Positions 10,949 to 20,371 of a stretch of DNA of 64,000 bases are shown piece by piece (position 1 is the stretch's first letter; each line of letters starts with the position of its first letter). The DNA comes from Candidatus Magasanikiibacteriota bacterium (GTDB lineage Bacteria; Patescibacteriota; Patescibacteriia; Magasanikbacterales; GWA2-37-8). The position numbers and the translations under genes are program-made. Where the stretch lies: assembly GCA_016182085.1 (NCBI GenBank), contig JACOYB010000005.1, forward strand, positions 66,061 to 130,060, written 5' to 3'. Below the pieces are notes generated by a model. That model worked only from the letters and a program-made list of their open reading frames with translations. It had not been told where the DNA came from and did not search any database.

Positions 10949-10985
10949 ACTATACTATAAAAATAAAGCTAAAAATAGCCGTTAT

Positions 10986-12167
10986 TTATATAAATATAGC
11001 AAAAATCTTCTGATAAAGCAACAACGAATCGCTGAGGCTGGAAGTGACAAAAAATGGCCAACCCAAGGTAACAAACCCGAATGTTACAATCACTCCGAAT
11101 CCGTATTTAAGCCATCCTGGCAAAAACTTGGGATTAAATGAGAAAACCTTGGTCTGCAAAATAGCCAGGCCCAAACCATGATATAGGCCGAAGAAAAGAA
11201 AATTCCAAGACGAACCATGCCATAAACCAATAAGTCCCATCGTAAATATCACGGCTATAGAAGTAATAAATTTGCTATTACGAAACCGAAAAACGAGCGG
11301 CATATAGATATAGTCGCGTATCCAGCTCGTGAGCGACATATGCCAGTATTTCCAAAAGCCAGCGAGATCTTTACGCAAATACGGCCAAGAAAAATTTATT
11401 GGCACCGTAATGCCAAATAGCAAGGCGCTGCCAATAGCTATATTACTTAATCCCGCAAAATCAAAATAAATACGGAATGAGTAAAAGAATAGACCGCTTA
11501 ACACCGCCAAACTGCTTGGCGCAATATTTGGCGAAGATAAAAATGTTGTTTGTTCTACCAAATTATCGGCGATAAAATATTTTTGCGCGTAACCCAGCAG
11601 GATAAAAAATATACCGGTAATAAATATATTTTTGGAAAATGACTGATCGTGAGTTGACTCAAAAAATTTATTAAACCGTTTGATTGGACCGCTGGCGAGC
11701 GTAGGAAAAAATAAAGCAAATGAAAAAAAATCCGCGAGCGTGTGTTTAGGCAATCGCCCATAGTACATTTCAACTAAATAATGGATAAATTCAAATGTAA
11801 AAAAAGAGATGCCGAGAGGTAAAAAAATCTTGCTTATTTCCCAATTACCTCCCATAAGATCCTTGGCCGTACTGACAAGTAAATTGCTATATTTAAAAAA
11901 TATTAAAACCAAAACTATCACTACTATCCCCTGCCATAAGTGTTTCTTTTTTTGTGTTTTATTTTCTACTTCTTGCATTCTTTTCCCTATCCAATAAGTA
12001 AACGCCGACAGAAGCAAAACTAAAGCTAAAAATTTCAAGCCGTTAAACCCATAAAATACGGCTGACGAAAAAAGAAGCGACGATAAACGCCATTTTTTTG
12101 GAGTTAGCCAAAATAAAGTTACGGCCCCAACCAAGAAAAACGGATAAATAAATGTGTTAAAAAGCAT
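10986..12167 (-). CDS. MBOAT O-acyltransferase (DltB/AlgI-like) without a C-terminal Tyr motif
   Basis: LPLGISFFTF, SGPI, YFDFAG, FWKYWHMSL, GLWHG motifs; ends YQKIFAIFI. Confidence 0.92.
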   Translation of the reverse strand: MLFNTFIYPFFLVGAVTLFWLTPKKWRLSSLLFSSAVFYGFNGLKFLALVLLLSAFTYWIGKRMQEVENKTQKKKHLWQGIVVIVLVLIFFKYSNLLVSTAKDLMGGNWEISKIFLPLGISFFTFEFIHYLVEMYYGRLPKHTLADFFSFALFFPTLASGPIKRFNKFFESTHDQSFSKNIFITGIFFILLGYAQKYFIADNLVEQTTFLSSPNIAPSSLAVLSGLFFYSFRIYFDFAGLSNIAIGSALLFGITVPINFSWPYLRKDLAGFWKYWHMSLTSWIRDYIYMPLVFRFRNSKFITSIAVIFTMGLIGLWHGSSWNFLFFGLYHGLGLAILQTKVFSFNPKFLPGWLKYGFGVIVTFGFVTLGWPFFVTSSLSDSLLLYQKIFAIFI

Positions 12168-12168
12168 A

Positions 12169-13293
12169 CTATTTCACAAGCTCCTTATAGCCGTTCGCGG
12201 TTTTTATAAAATTAACTAAAGACTCGGCAACTTGTTTGTGCCCGGTTTTATTAAAATGTATTTCATCAATAAAATTACTGCTAGCCACTGCCTGCGCAGC
12301 ATCTAAATCAATTATGTTGGCATTTTTATACAGGCCTAAAATAAATTTTTTGTTTTTACCGTACTCTGCCTGGGGTCTTTGCAGCTTGGTAACTTCAGGA
12401 CTGCGCGGGGTCAAATAAAAAATCGCTGGAATATTTGTAGCGGCAATATAACCGGCTAAAGCTTGGGAAACGCAGCTGTTAATTGACGGTTTGAGCTCTT
12501 CTACTTTTCCCTCATGAATATTAATATTATTAACCGGGAAATCTTCTTTGGGTTTAAAAATATCGCGCCAAACCACCTGCTTCTGGCCAGACTTAAACAG
12601 CTCAAGCGCGCCATTTAAAACATTAGAGAAAAAAAGAGGAAAAGGCTTGCCAAATAACGCATAATTTATTTCATCTTTATATTTTAGCAAAGGGATATGT
12701 GGAGCAATATCTATAAATATTTCATAGGGTTCTCGGAGTTCATACTGGCTCAAACAACCTTCAACCGCGCTGCTTTCTTTAAAAACATTGCGATAATTGG
12801 CAGACAACAGTCTATGTACGCGTAAATATTTTTTCCTATCTTCCTTTGCCCCAGCTACCGCATCCGCCTTTAGATAATCAGAATTTATATCAATCACAAA
12901 TAGATCAGCTTGATCTTTAAGCAGCGTTGTAATAATTAAAACGTCCAAAGGATGCGCGGATGGAAAAGAAAAGTTATATACCGACACGCCACCGGCAATA
13001 TGCCGGGCAAATTGAAAAGGTATCGTATCTTCGGCGTCGGTTATCCCCGGAGCGCCCCACATAGAGCTGGCTCCTAAAAATATTATTTTTTTATTTTTAT
13101 CCCGCTTAACTGCTTCAATTTTATTTTTTATTTCTCCGTATGATGTCGGGCTGTGCAAGCGCTTATAATTGGTCGGGCTATTTTTAAAAATAAAAAAGAT
13201 AGCTATATTAACTACTATAAAAAAAATAACAAAACTAACGAGCGAACTCCACTTTAAAAAGGCGAGTATTTTAGGGTAGTTTTTTTGATTCAT
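12169..13293 (-). CDS. Membrane-anchored SGNH-like (DltD/AlgJ-type) protein
   Basis: N-terminal TM, FLGASS (block I-like), C-terminal DEIH (DxxH); adjacent to MBOAT; start uncertain (13293 or 13311). Confidence 0.7.
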   Translation of the reverse strand: MNQKNYPKILAFLKWSSLVSFVIFFIVVNIAIFFIFKNSPTNYKRLHSPTSYGEIKNKIEAVKRDKNKKIIFLGASSMWGAPGITDAEDTIPFQFARHIAGGVSVYNFSFPSAHPLDVLIITTLLKDQADLFVIDINSDYLKADAVAGAKEDRKKYLRVHRLLSANYRNVFKESSAVEGCLSQYELREPYEIFIDIAPHIPLLKYKDEINYALFGKPFPLFFSNVLNGALELFKSGQKQVVWRDIFKPKEDFPVNNINIHEGKVEELKPSINSCVSQALAGYIAATNIPAIFYLTPRSPEVTKLQRPQAEYGKNKKFILGLYKNANIIDLDAAQAVASSNFIDEIHFNKTGHKQVAESLVNFIKTANGYKELVK

Positions 13294-13294
13294 G

Positions 13295-14476
13295 CTATGG
13301 TAACGAAACAATAAACTTGGCTAATTCTTCCGAAACTACAATATGTCCTTTTTCAGAAAAATGATGAATGCCGGAGTTATACATTTCATTATGATTTAAA
13401 ACTTGCCGTTCTAACGATCCGCGCAAATTAAGCACCGCCGCACCCGGATTCAAGCCCTCGATTAATTTATTCTCCATGCCGACTGGATTAAACACATAGT
13501 CCTTTAATTTGGGATGGTTATTTTTAAACGCGTTTAACAAATCTTGATTGACTGTTTTACCCTCCGGTATAAGCATCACAATTAATTTCACTCCGTCTTT
13601 TTCTAATTCATTTCTAAAATTATTTATAAGTTCAGAACTAAACGCCGCATGCTTAGCCCTCTCGCTATCTAGCGGATCTAAATAATAATAGTCCCAGTGA
13701 GGTAAATTCAAGCCGGCCTCATCTACCGGCACTGGCGGTCGGAAAAGGCCTAATGTGACAGCTAAATTATTTAAAACCGGCAACGTGCGCACCGCTTTAT
13801 CCATAAATCGAACGATCGCAAGCTTTCGATAAATTTTATCCTTTAGCGCTAAAAAGTCTTTGCCTTTTACAGCCCCATACTGCGGCACCGCATCCCAATC
13901 TGCCGTGCTCGAAGAGAGTAATTTTTCTCTATCTTCAAAATAATAGCCATTGTCGCTAATGTCATTGCCGAGATAAAAACTTAATACCACAACATCAGGA
14001 TGATACTGGCTTGCATATTTGCTGTAATATTTCATTTCATCGGCTGTACCCATGCCTCCAATGCCAAAATTTAATACCTCGGCGGATTTATATGAAGAAC
14101 TGGGATTAGAAGCAAGCGAACTTTGCAAATTATTTTTTAATAAATAAACATAGGTTTTTTCATAATCAATCTGAATGCCCTGCGCGAAAGAATCGCCAAG
14201 TACCGCCACTCTCAAGGCACCCTCGTTTTTTTCCTTTATAAATTCTTCGCCCACAAATCCAAGACTGTTAGTTTTTACATGCACTTTTCTTTTTACTTCC
14301 CCGTCATAACGGCCCCGATCAACATTAGTTTTATGGGTTACAAATCCATCTTCATTAATCCGAGTTAACATATCAAAATCAGTTGGATCAAACATTCTCA
14401 AAAAAAACTCTATGCCTATAAGCGATAGTAAAAGCGCAATTACCAAAGTTAAAATATTTTTTTTAGCCTCTGTCAT
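13295..14476 (-). CDS. Membrane-anchored SGNH/GDSL hydrolase-family protein
   Basis: VLGDSF, NFGIGG, GND, C-terminal His; N-terminal TM. Confidence 0.85.
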   Translation of the reverse strand: MTEAKKNILTLVIALLLSLIGIEFFLRMFDPTDFDMLTRINEDGFVTHKTNVDRGRYDGEVKRKVHVKTNSLGFVGEEFIKEKNEGALRVAVLGDSFAQGIQIDYEKTYVYLLKNNLQSSLASNPSSSYKSAEVLNFGIGGMGTADEMKYYSKYASQYHPDVVVLSFYLGNDISDNGYYFEDREKLLSSSTADWDAVPQYGAVKGKDFLALKDKIYRKLAIVRFMDKAVRTLPVLNNLAVTLGLFRPPVPVDEAGLNLPHWDYYYLDPLDSERAKHAAFSSELINNFRNELEKDGVKLIVMLIPEGKTVNQDLLNAFKNNHPKLKDYVFNPVGMENKLIEGLNPGAAVLNLRGSLERQVLNHNEMYNSGIHHFSEKGHIVVSEELAKFIVSLP

Positions 14477-14484
14477 ACTTATTT

Positions 14485-16287
14485 TTAATCCAATTTAAAC
14501 TTGCCCAAATATTTGTTCATTTTTTCTTTATCAACGAGCTGCTGGTTATCCTGTTTGGATATAATATAATTTCCCATAACTAAATAATCCATAAATGTAT
14601 GGAGGAACGTATTAAACGCGTCTTGAGGCGACATAACAATCGGCTCACCCCTTACATTAAAGGAAGTGTTAATAATAATCGGACAGCCGGTTTTCTTATA
14701 GAAAGCCTCTATTAAATCATAATACTTTTTATTTTGTTCAGGATTCACTGTTTGCACGCGCGCCGAATTATCAACATGAGTAATTGCCGGCACATCGGTT
14801 CTTTTTACGGGCGCGACCAGGAGCATGTACGGACTAGGCACGGTCAAATCAAAACACTCGGCGCTTTTATCTTCCAAAACGGTAGGGGCAAACGGCCTAA
14901 AACTTTCTCTAAATTTGATCTTTAAATTAACTTTCTGCCAATTCTCTTTATTTCTCGCGTCGGCAATGATAGACCGATTTCCCAAAGAGCGAGGGCCATA
15001 CTCCATTCTGCCTTGAAACCAGCCAATCACATTATTGCCATTTATCAAATTTGAAACTTGATCTATAAGATCATTATATTCTAATCGCTTATAAACTAGC
15101 TTTTTATCTTCTCCAATAATAGCCTTAACATCTTCTTCTAAGAATTTCTCAAGCTCGCTTTCAGAATATTCCGGTCCCAAATAAACGGTCTCCATGGTAC
15201 TGCCTTCCGGCAAAGGATAATTTTTATTTAACCTGTCAAAATAAACATACAAAGCTGCGCCTACAGCTCCGCCGGCATCGCCCGCAGCTGGCTGAATATA
15301 AATATTATCAAACCATTTTTTTTCTAAAATTTTTCCATTGGTTACGCAATTTAAAGCCACGCCTCCGGCTAAGCAAAGATTTTTGTACGGATATAGCGTG
15401 CGAGCTTGCGCAATAATTTTTAAAACAATTTCATTGGTAATTTTTTGCAAAGCGGCGGCAATATCTTTTTCTCTTTGAGTTAGCGGCGATTCAGGCTGGC
15501 GCGCGGGGCCGCCAAACAACTTATCAAATCTTCTGTTTGTCATGCGAAGTCCGTACTCGTAAGAAAAATATTTCATGTTAAGCTTAACGCTGCCATCATC
15601 TCTGATCTCAACAAGTTCTTTAAACGTATCATAATATTTATTTGGATCTCCATACGGAGCCAGGCCCATAACTTTATACTCGGCGCTGTTTACCTTAAAA
15701 CCTAAATAATACGTAAGCGCGGAATAAAACAAGCCTAAGGAATGAGGGAACTCCAGAGTGTGAGAAAGGTTGAGTTTATTGCCTTTTCCATAACCAAACG
15801 TGGTAGTATCAAATTCCCCGACTCCATCCATAGTTACCACAATCGCTTCGCTAAAACCGGAACAAAAATAAGCGCTGGCCGCGTGCGAATAATGATGCTG
15901 GGTAAATAATATGCTGCCCTTGTAACCGTCTAAAGCTTTTCTAATCCTACTCTCTACCCATAGTTTAGTTTTTAAAAATACAAGCATCGCCTTGAGGAAT
16001 GATAAAAACCCTAAAGGCCAAGTGCTAATATACGTCTTAAGCAAACGTTCAAATTTTATGAAGGGTTTTTCATAAAAAACCACATAGCTTAACTGATCGC
16101 TTGTAATGCCGGCAAAATCTAGGCAATATTTAATTGAATGCGCGGGTAGCGAAGAATCCTGCTTATCGCGGGTAAATCTTTCCTCTTGCACAGCCGCCAC
16201 TACTTTGCCATTTTTTATCAGCGCCGCGGCGGCATCGTGATAATCAAATGATAGGCCTAAAATATAAATATCTTGTTCTGACGACAT
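14485..16287 (-). CDS. Carbamoyltransferase (NodU/CmcH/SxtI family)
   Basis: HDAAAAL, EERF, HHYSHA, EYKVMGLAPYG, GGVALNC, KFRESFRPFAP, NTSFN; start MSSEQ (16287). Confidence 0.95.
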   Translation of the reverse strand: MSSEQDIYILGLSFDYHDAAAALIKNGKVVAAVQEERFTRDKQDSSLPAHSIKYCLDFAGITSDQLSYVVFYEKPFIKFERLLKTYISTWPLGFLSFLKAMLVFLKTKLWVESRIRKALDGYKGSILFTQHHYSHAASAYFCSGFSEAIVVTMDGVGEFDTTTFGYGKGNKLNLSHTLEFPHSLGLFYSALTYYLGFKVNSAEYKVMGLAPYGDPNKYYDTFKELVEIRDDGSVKLNMKYFSYEYGLRMTNRRFDKLFGGPARQPESPLTQREKDIAAALQKITNEIVLKIIAQARTLYPYKNLCLAGGVALNCVTNGKILEKKWFDNIYIQPAAGDAGGAVGAALYVYFDRLNKNYPLPEGSTMETVYLGPEYSESELEKFLEEDVKAIIGEDKKLVYKRLEYNDLIDQVSNLINGNNVIGWFQGRMEYGPRSLGNRSIIADARNKENWQKVNLKIKFRESFRPFAPTVLEDKSAECFDLTVPSPYMLLVAPVKRTDVPAITHVDNSARVQTVNPEQNKKYYDLIEAFYKKTGCPIIINTSFNVRGEPIVMSPQDAFNTFLHTFMDYLVMGNYIISKQDNQQLVDKEKMNKYLGKFKLD

Positions 16288-16295
16288 ATGCAATA

Positions 16296-16526
16296 TTAAA
16301 ACTGATAGGTTAAATCTTCTATACCCTCGCCTGTTTCTTCCTTTGCATGCCAATATGATTCCGGCCTAACTTCCTTTGAAAAAAGTTTAATGACTTTTTG
16401 CACAATTGCGTATAAGCCAATAATAATAAAATAAAAGGCAAATAAAATAACAAACCCGTTGATCGTGGCTAAAACATGGGCGAACTTCATCCAGTACTTA
16501 TATACTATTTTAAAAAACTTTTTCAT
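16296..16526 (-). CDS. SxtJ-like small membrane protein
   Basis: YKYWMKFAHVLATIN...FYFII...ESYW...QF pattern; immediately upstream of the carbamoyltransferase. Confidence 0.75.
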   Translation of the reverse strand: MKKFFKIVYKYWMKFAHVLATINGFVILFAFYFIIIGLYAIVQKVIKLFSKEVRPESYWHAKEETGEGIEDLTYQF

Positions 16527-16536
16527 ATATTATGAA

Positions 16537-17307
16537 CTAATGAAATATCTTTTTTGCCAACCAGGGCCAAAAATTAATAAAGGACTTAAAAAAAGGCAGC
16601 CCTGTCTGTTGAAAAACCTCCGGCGCGGATTCGTTAATTTTTCTGCCAATTAAAAAATAAGTGTTGATTAGCTTATCCGACCGGCGGCCGCCCGAAGAAA
16701 AATCCGTATCTATGGAAGACCGAACCAAGTGAGTGGCGTGCCAAAATCTATTTGTTAAAATAACCGTATTGTCTTTATTAAAAAAAATTTCATTGCGACT
16801 GTTATAGACTGCATCTTGATTATAGTCCCCTTGCCAATGCAGGCCCTCTAGCATTTTAAAGAAACGAGGGTAAAAAAAATCTTTTTTACCTAGCATTTCT
16901 ATACTGCCGCTTTTATAATGTTTATGAAATATATCGCCAACGAGCAAATAAAATGGCGCCATAACACACTCAACTGCTGTATTTTTTTGCAGCATATCTA
17001 TAGCCTCTTGCATGCCTCGCTTGGTCCACACCTCGTCTCCATCAAGAACCATGAACCAATCTGTTTTAGTCTTTTCAACCATTTCTTGCCTCAGTTTAGT
17101 ATGTCCCGCCTTATCGCACTCGCCCTTTTCTTCAAAAAATATTTTGTGAGGGTACTTCTGAACCAAATTTTTAATTATATCTACGGTTTTATCTGTTGAG
17201 CCCGTATCAAAAATTATAACGGCGTCCACAAAATCTACTACCGATGTAATCGCATAGAGAATAAAATTCTCTTCGTTTTTTACCAGACAATGAGCCGTGA
17301 CTGACAT
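16537..17307 (-). CDS. GT2 family glycosyltransferase
   Basis: LVKNEE, DTGSTDKT, LDGDE motifs. Confidence 0.88.
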   Translation of the reverse strand: MSVTAHCLVKNEENFILYAITSVVDFVDAVIIFDTGSTDKTVDIIKNLVQKYPHKIFFEEKGECDKAGHTKLRQEMVEKTKTDWFMVLDGDEVWTKRGMQEAIDMLQKNTAVECVMAPFYLLVGDIFHKHYKSGSIEMLGKKDFFYPRFFKMLEGLHWQGDYNQDAVYNSRNEIFFNKDNTVILTNRFWHATHLVRSSIDTDFSSGGRRSDKLINTYFLIGRKINESAPEVFQQTGLPFFKSFINFWPWLAKKIFH

Positions 17308-17313
17308 AAAAAA

Positions 17314-18198
17314 TTAATCCTGAAACGGTAAAACGTTTTTTGGCAGCAATGGCAGCTTTTTTTGAATCTTTTTACGATAAATAAAGCGAGCTAACTGGTA
17401 TAGGCCAACTAAAGAAGTAACATACTTAAACGAACGGAAGACGACCTCTCGCGCGAGGCCTTGAGCATGAAAAAGATCCGTTTTCGCGCCGGGGAAATAA
17501 TGTCTGCAAAACTTCCAATTCTCCAACCGGCCCTTAAGCCAATTTGTACTGGAAAAGCCCAACGTCCCCACTCGAAAAACTATTAAGTCTAAACGCTCAA
17601 ATACGCACCCTGCGGCCGCCGAGCGGACCATAAACTCTCCGTCAGCAGAAACTCTGTAATCAGTATTAAATTTAAATTTTTTCATGAGTGCTGTCCGGGC
17701 AAATACGGCCGTATGACAAACCGGCATGCCTTTCCAAGACCTATCACTCACACTTGGCGGGGCAACACATTCAACCGCCTGGTTATTAAAATTACCTATA
17801 AAACTACCATACAGCAAATCAGCCGTAGGATGGGTTTTTGAAAAAATTGTTTCAAAAACCTGATTATTGAAAAAATAGTCTCCGCTATTTAAATAATTGA
17901 TCCATTCCCCTGTCGCCTTCTCGGCCCCTTTATTGGTCGCATAAAATATGCCTTTGTCTTTTTCGCTAACCCAAAAAGCAAGGCGGTCCTGGTATTTTTT
18001 TATAATATCAACCGTGCCATCGGTAGAACCCCCGTCAATTATGATATATTCAATATTCTTATATGTTTGGTTAAGTACGCTCAAAATTGTTTGTTCTAAA
18101 TGTTTTACATCATTTAACACAACTGTAACCACTGTTACGAGTGGCTGCGAGATATCTTCTGCGCGTCTAACTGGCGTGTCTGGATTATACGTATTCAT
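17314..18198 (-). CDS. GT2 family glycosyltransferase
   Basis: IDGGSTDGT, SEKDKGI, LNSGD motifs. Confidence 0.92.
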   Translation of the reverse strand: MNTYNPDTPVRRAEDISQPLVTVVTVVLNDVKHLEQTILSVLNQTYKNIEYIIIDGGSTDGTVDIIKKYQDRLAFWVSEKDKGIFYATNKGAEKATGEWINYLNSGDYFFNNQVFETIFSKTHPTADLLYGSFIGNFNNQAVECVAPPSVSDRSWKGMPVCHTAVFARTALMKKFKFNTDYRVSADGEFMVRSAAAGCVFERLDLIVFRVGTLGFSSTNWLKGRLENWKFCRHYFPGAKTDLFHAQGLAREVVFRSFKYVTSLVGLYQLARFIYRKKIQKKLPLLPKNVLPFQD

Positions 18199-18210
18199 AT
18201 CTAAACGGAA

Positions 18211-19515
18211 TTAAATTTCTACGGCAAATTCTTTTCTAGTTAAGAAATAAATGGCCAGCGCGACGTTCCATAAAAAAGTAAAAATAGTAGCCATCGCAAA
18301 GGCATACGCTGCGCCCATTATACCATACATAGGAATAAAAACCATATTGGCCGCCAGATTAATCAGTATCTGCGCTACCCCCGAAATAGCCACCCAATGC
18401 GTCTTATTAAATACATTAATCACGAGCGAAAATGGCACGGCAAGCACGGTCAAGAGATATCCGTAAGCTAAAATTAAATAGACAGGCATTGAGGCTATAT
18501 ATTTATCGCCAAATAAAAACTGAATTAAATATTGAGAGGGGTAAATAATGATTCCTAAGCCCGCTACCACCACCAGCACCCATTTAAAACTTCTCTTTAC
18601 AAAAATTACCAAATCTTCTTTTTTGGTCAAGCTGCTTATTTTAGGCATAAGCACGGAAGTAATTGAACTGTACACTATCGGGAAAAACTGAATTAATTGC
18701 CATGCTACCGTAAATATAGCCACTTCAACCAAACCTAAAAGCCGGCTTACCATGACCTGATCAATACGGCTCACAAAAATGGACATAAAAGAACTAACTG
18801 TCAGCCAAAAACTAAACCGAGCCAATTGGGAATGTAATTTGTTCTTTATGCTTGCGTCAACCGTAACTTCCCGAAATTTTTCGGGAAAAACTTTAAAATT
18901 AGCTATAAACAATACCCAGGGCACTAAAATATATACTGACAAGTAAGCAAACAGATTTTTTACTCCGAAAAATAATAGGATTAATACTATTACTAAACGC
19001 AGAAAGCCTTTTAACGACTGCAGCGAGGCATGATAAAAAAACCTCTGTTTTGTCTGCAAATAAGTTGCTAAAAAACCGAGCAGAATTATGCCGCCAATTC
19101 CCAAGGACGCGAATGCTAAGTATGGTGTTAATTTTACTTGTCCTAACAAATATCTTGCGAGCGGATAAGCTAAAACCAAACCTGCCACGGTAAGAATGAT
19201 ACTTAAAGATACTCGCCAGCGCCAAATTGTTTTAAGCAATTGTTTTAGCTTATCCGGCTGATCAGTCGCTATATAATAGGGACCAAACCGCAACAACCCC
19301 ATATTCAAACCAAAATCAGATAATTCCGCCACGGTCATAAGCACTAACACGGAAAGAGAAAAAATCCCAAAAAGTTCTTGGTTAAAAATTTTAGCCAAGA
19401 CAATATTTAAAGCAAACAAAGACAACCCGTTTACCATTGAACCCGTATATACAAAAATTGTTTGATGCAACGCCTTTTTTTGAAGAATTAATTTTAATCG
19501 TGAGACTATTTCCAT
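18211..19515 (-). CDS. Wzx-type oligosaccharide flippase
   Basis: About 12 hydrophobic segments, SDFGL, RIDQVM, PMYGIMGAA (MOP family pattern). Confidence 0.88.
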   Translation of the reverse strand: MEIVSRLKLILQKKALHQTIFVYTGSMVNGLSLFALNIVLAKIFNQELFGIFSLSVLVLMTVAELSDFGLNMGLLRFGPYYIATDQPDKLKQLLKTIWRWRVSLSIILTVAGLVLAYPLARYLLGQVKLTPYLAFASLGIGGIILLGFLATYLQTKQRFFYHASLQSLKGFLRLVIVLILLFFGVKNLFAYLSVYILVPWVLFIANFKVFPEKFREVTVDASIKNKLHSQLARFSFWLTVSSFMSIFVSRIDQVMVSRLLGLVEVAIFTVAWQLIQFFPIVYSSITSVLMPKISSLTKKEDLVIFVKRSFKWVLVVVAGLGIIIYPSQYLIQFLFGDKYIASMPVYLILAYGYLLTVLAVPFSLVINVFNKTHWVAISGVAQILINLAANMVFIPMYGIMGAAYAFAMATIFTFLWNVALAIYFLTRKEFAVEI

Positions 19516-19541
19516 AATAGCTTATAAATAACAGGCGCGTA

Positions 19542-20357
19542 TTATTCTTTCATCACCGTATTTGCGGCGCTTATTCCGGTTACGCCCATTTTTTCAATTG
19601 CAGTTATATATTTTTTAGGTATAAATCGCGCTAAGGTATTTTCTATGGCATAACCGATTAAAGAAAAAGGCAATCCTCTCATTAAAGCAAACTTCCACTC
19701 TTTCAACATTTCTTTTCTAAAACCATACAGCCGAGTAGAAATATAATCGGATTGTAAAAAATATAATATAAATTGGCCTGATTTCCATTTATCAAGATCA
19801 AAATCTTCATCTAGCCAGTAGCGGCCGCTTAACTTAAAATAAAAATCAGCCTCTTGGGTTAATAATTTTCTGGCTGACAAGAGCATAACGGCCTCTCCCA
19901 AACTTTTAAATCTACTGTCACAAGCCCGCCTTACAAGCGGCTTATCGCCCACATAAATATATTGATCAACTTTACTCGCCAAATCAAGAGGTAAATCACC
20001 TTGCAAACCCGCTTCAATTAAAACAATTTTAGCGCCCGGGGCTCGTAAATGAACCGATTCAATTGTAGCTAGAGTTTGTTTGGCTCTATCCTCGGGACCA
20101 AACACTGAACGGACGCTGCCGTAGGTGATTTTTTTATCCATGACCGGATAAATAACCGAGGTTATCAAAAAACAAAACGAATTAGGCTGATTTGGATTAA
20201 GTTTTGTTTCTGGTTTCAAAAAAGAAACTACCCAAATTATAATTTGAAAAGGTAAAATAAATATAATTCTATACAGCTGTCGGATTATAAAAAAAATAGG
20301 ATTTTCTAAAAAATTTTTAATACCTTTTTTAAACAGTAAAAAAAATTTATTAAACAT
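19542..20357 (-). CDS. Hypothetical protein, possibly GT-A-like
   Basis: Long ORF in operon; LITSVI and FKLSGRY motifs. Confidence 0.55.
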   Translation of the reverse strand: MFNKFFLLFKKGIKNFLENPIFFIIRQLYRIIFILPFQIIIWVVSFLKPETKLNPNQPNSFCFLITSVIYPVMDKKITYGSVRSVFGPEDRAKQTLATIESVHLRAPGAKIVLIEAGLQGDLPLDLASKVDQYIYVGDKPLVRRACDSRFKSLGEAVMLLSARKLLTQEADFYFKLSGRYWLDEDFDLDKWKSGQFILYFLQSDYISTRLYGFRKEMLKEWKFALMRGLPFSLIGYAIENTLARFIPKKYITAIEKMGVTGISAANTVMKE

Positions 20358-20371
20358 ATATTTGCCTCGTT

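Noticed and set aside
14485-16526. Saxitoxin biosynthesis (sxtI/J/K-like genes)
   Set aside because: No sxtA or other core genes; context is surface-glycan synthesis.
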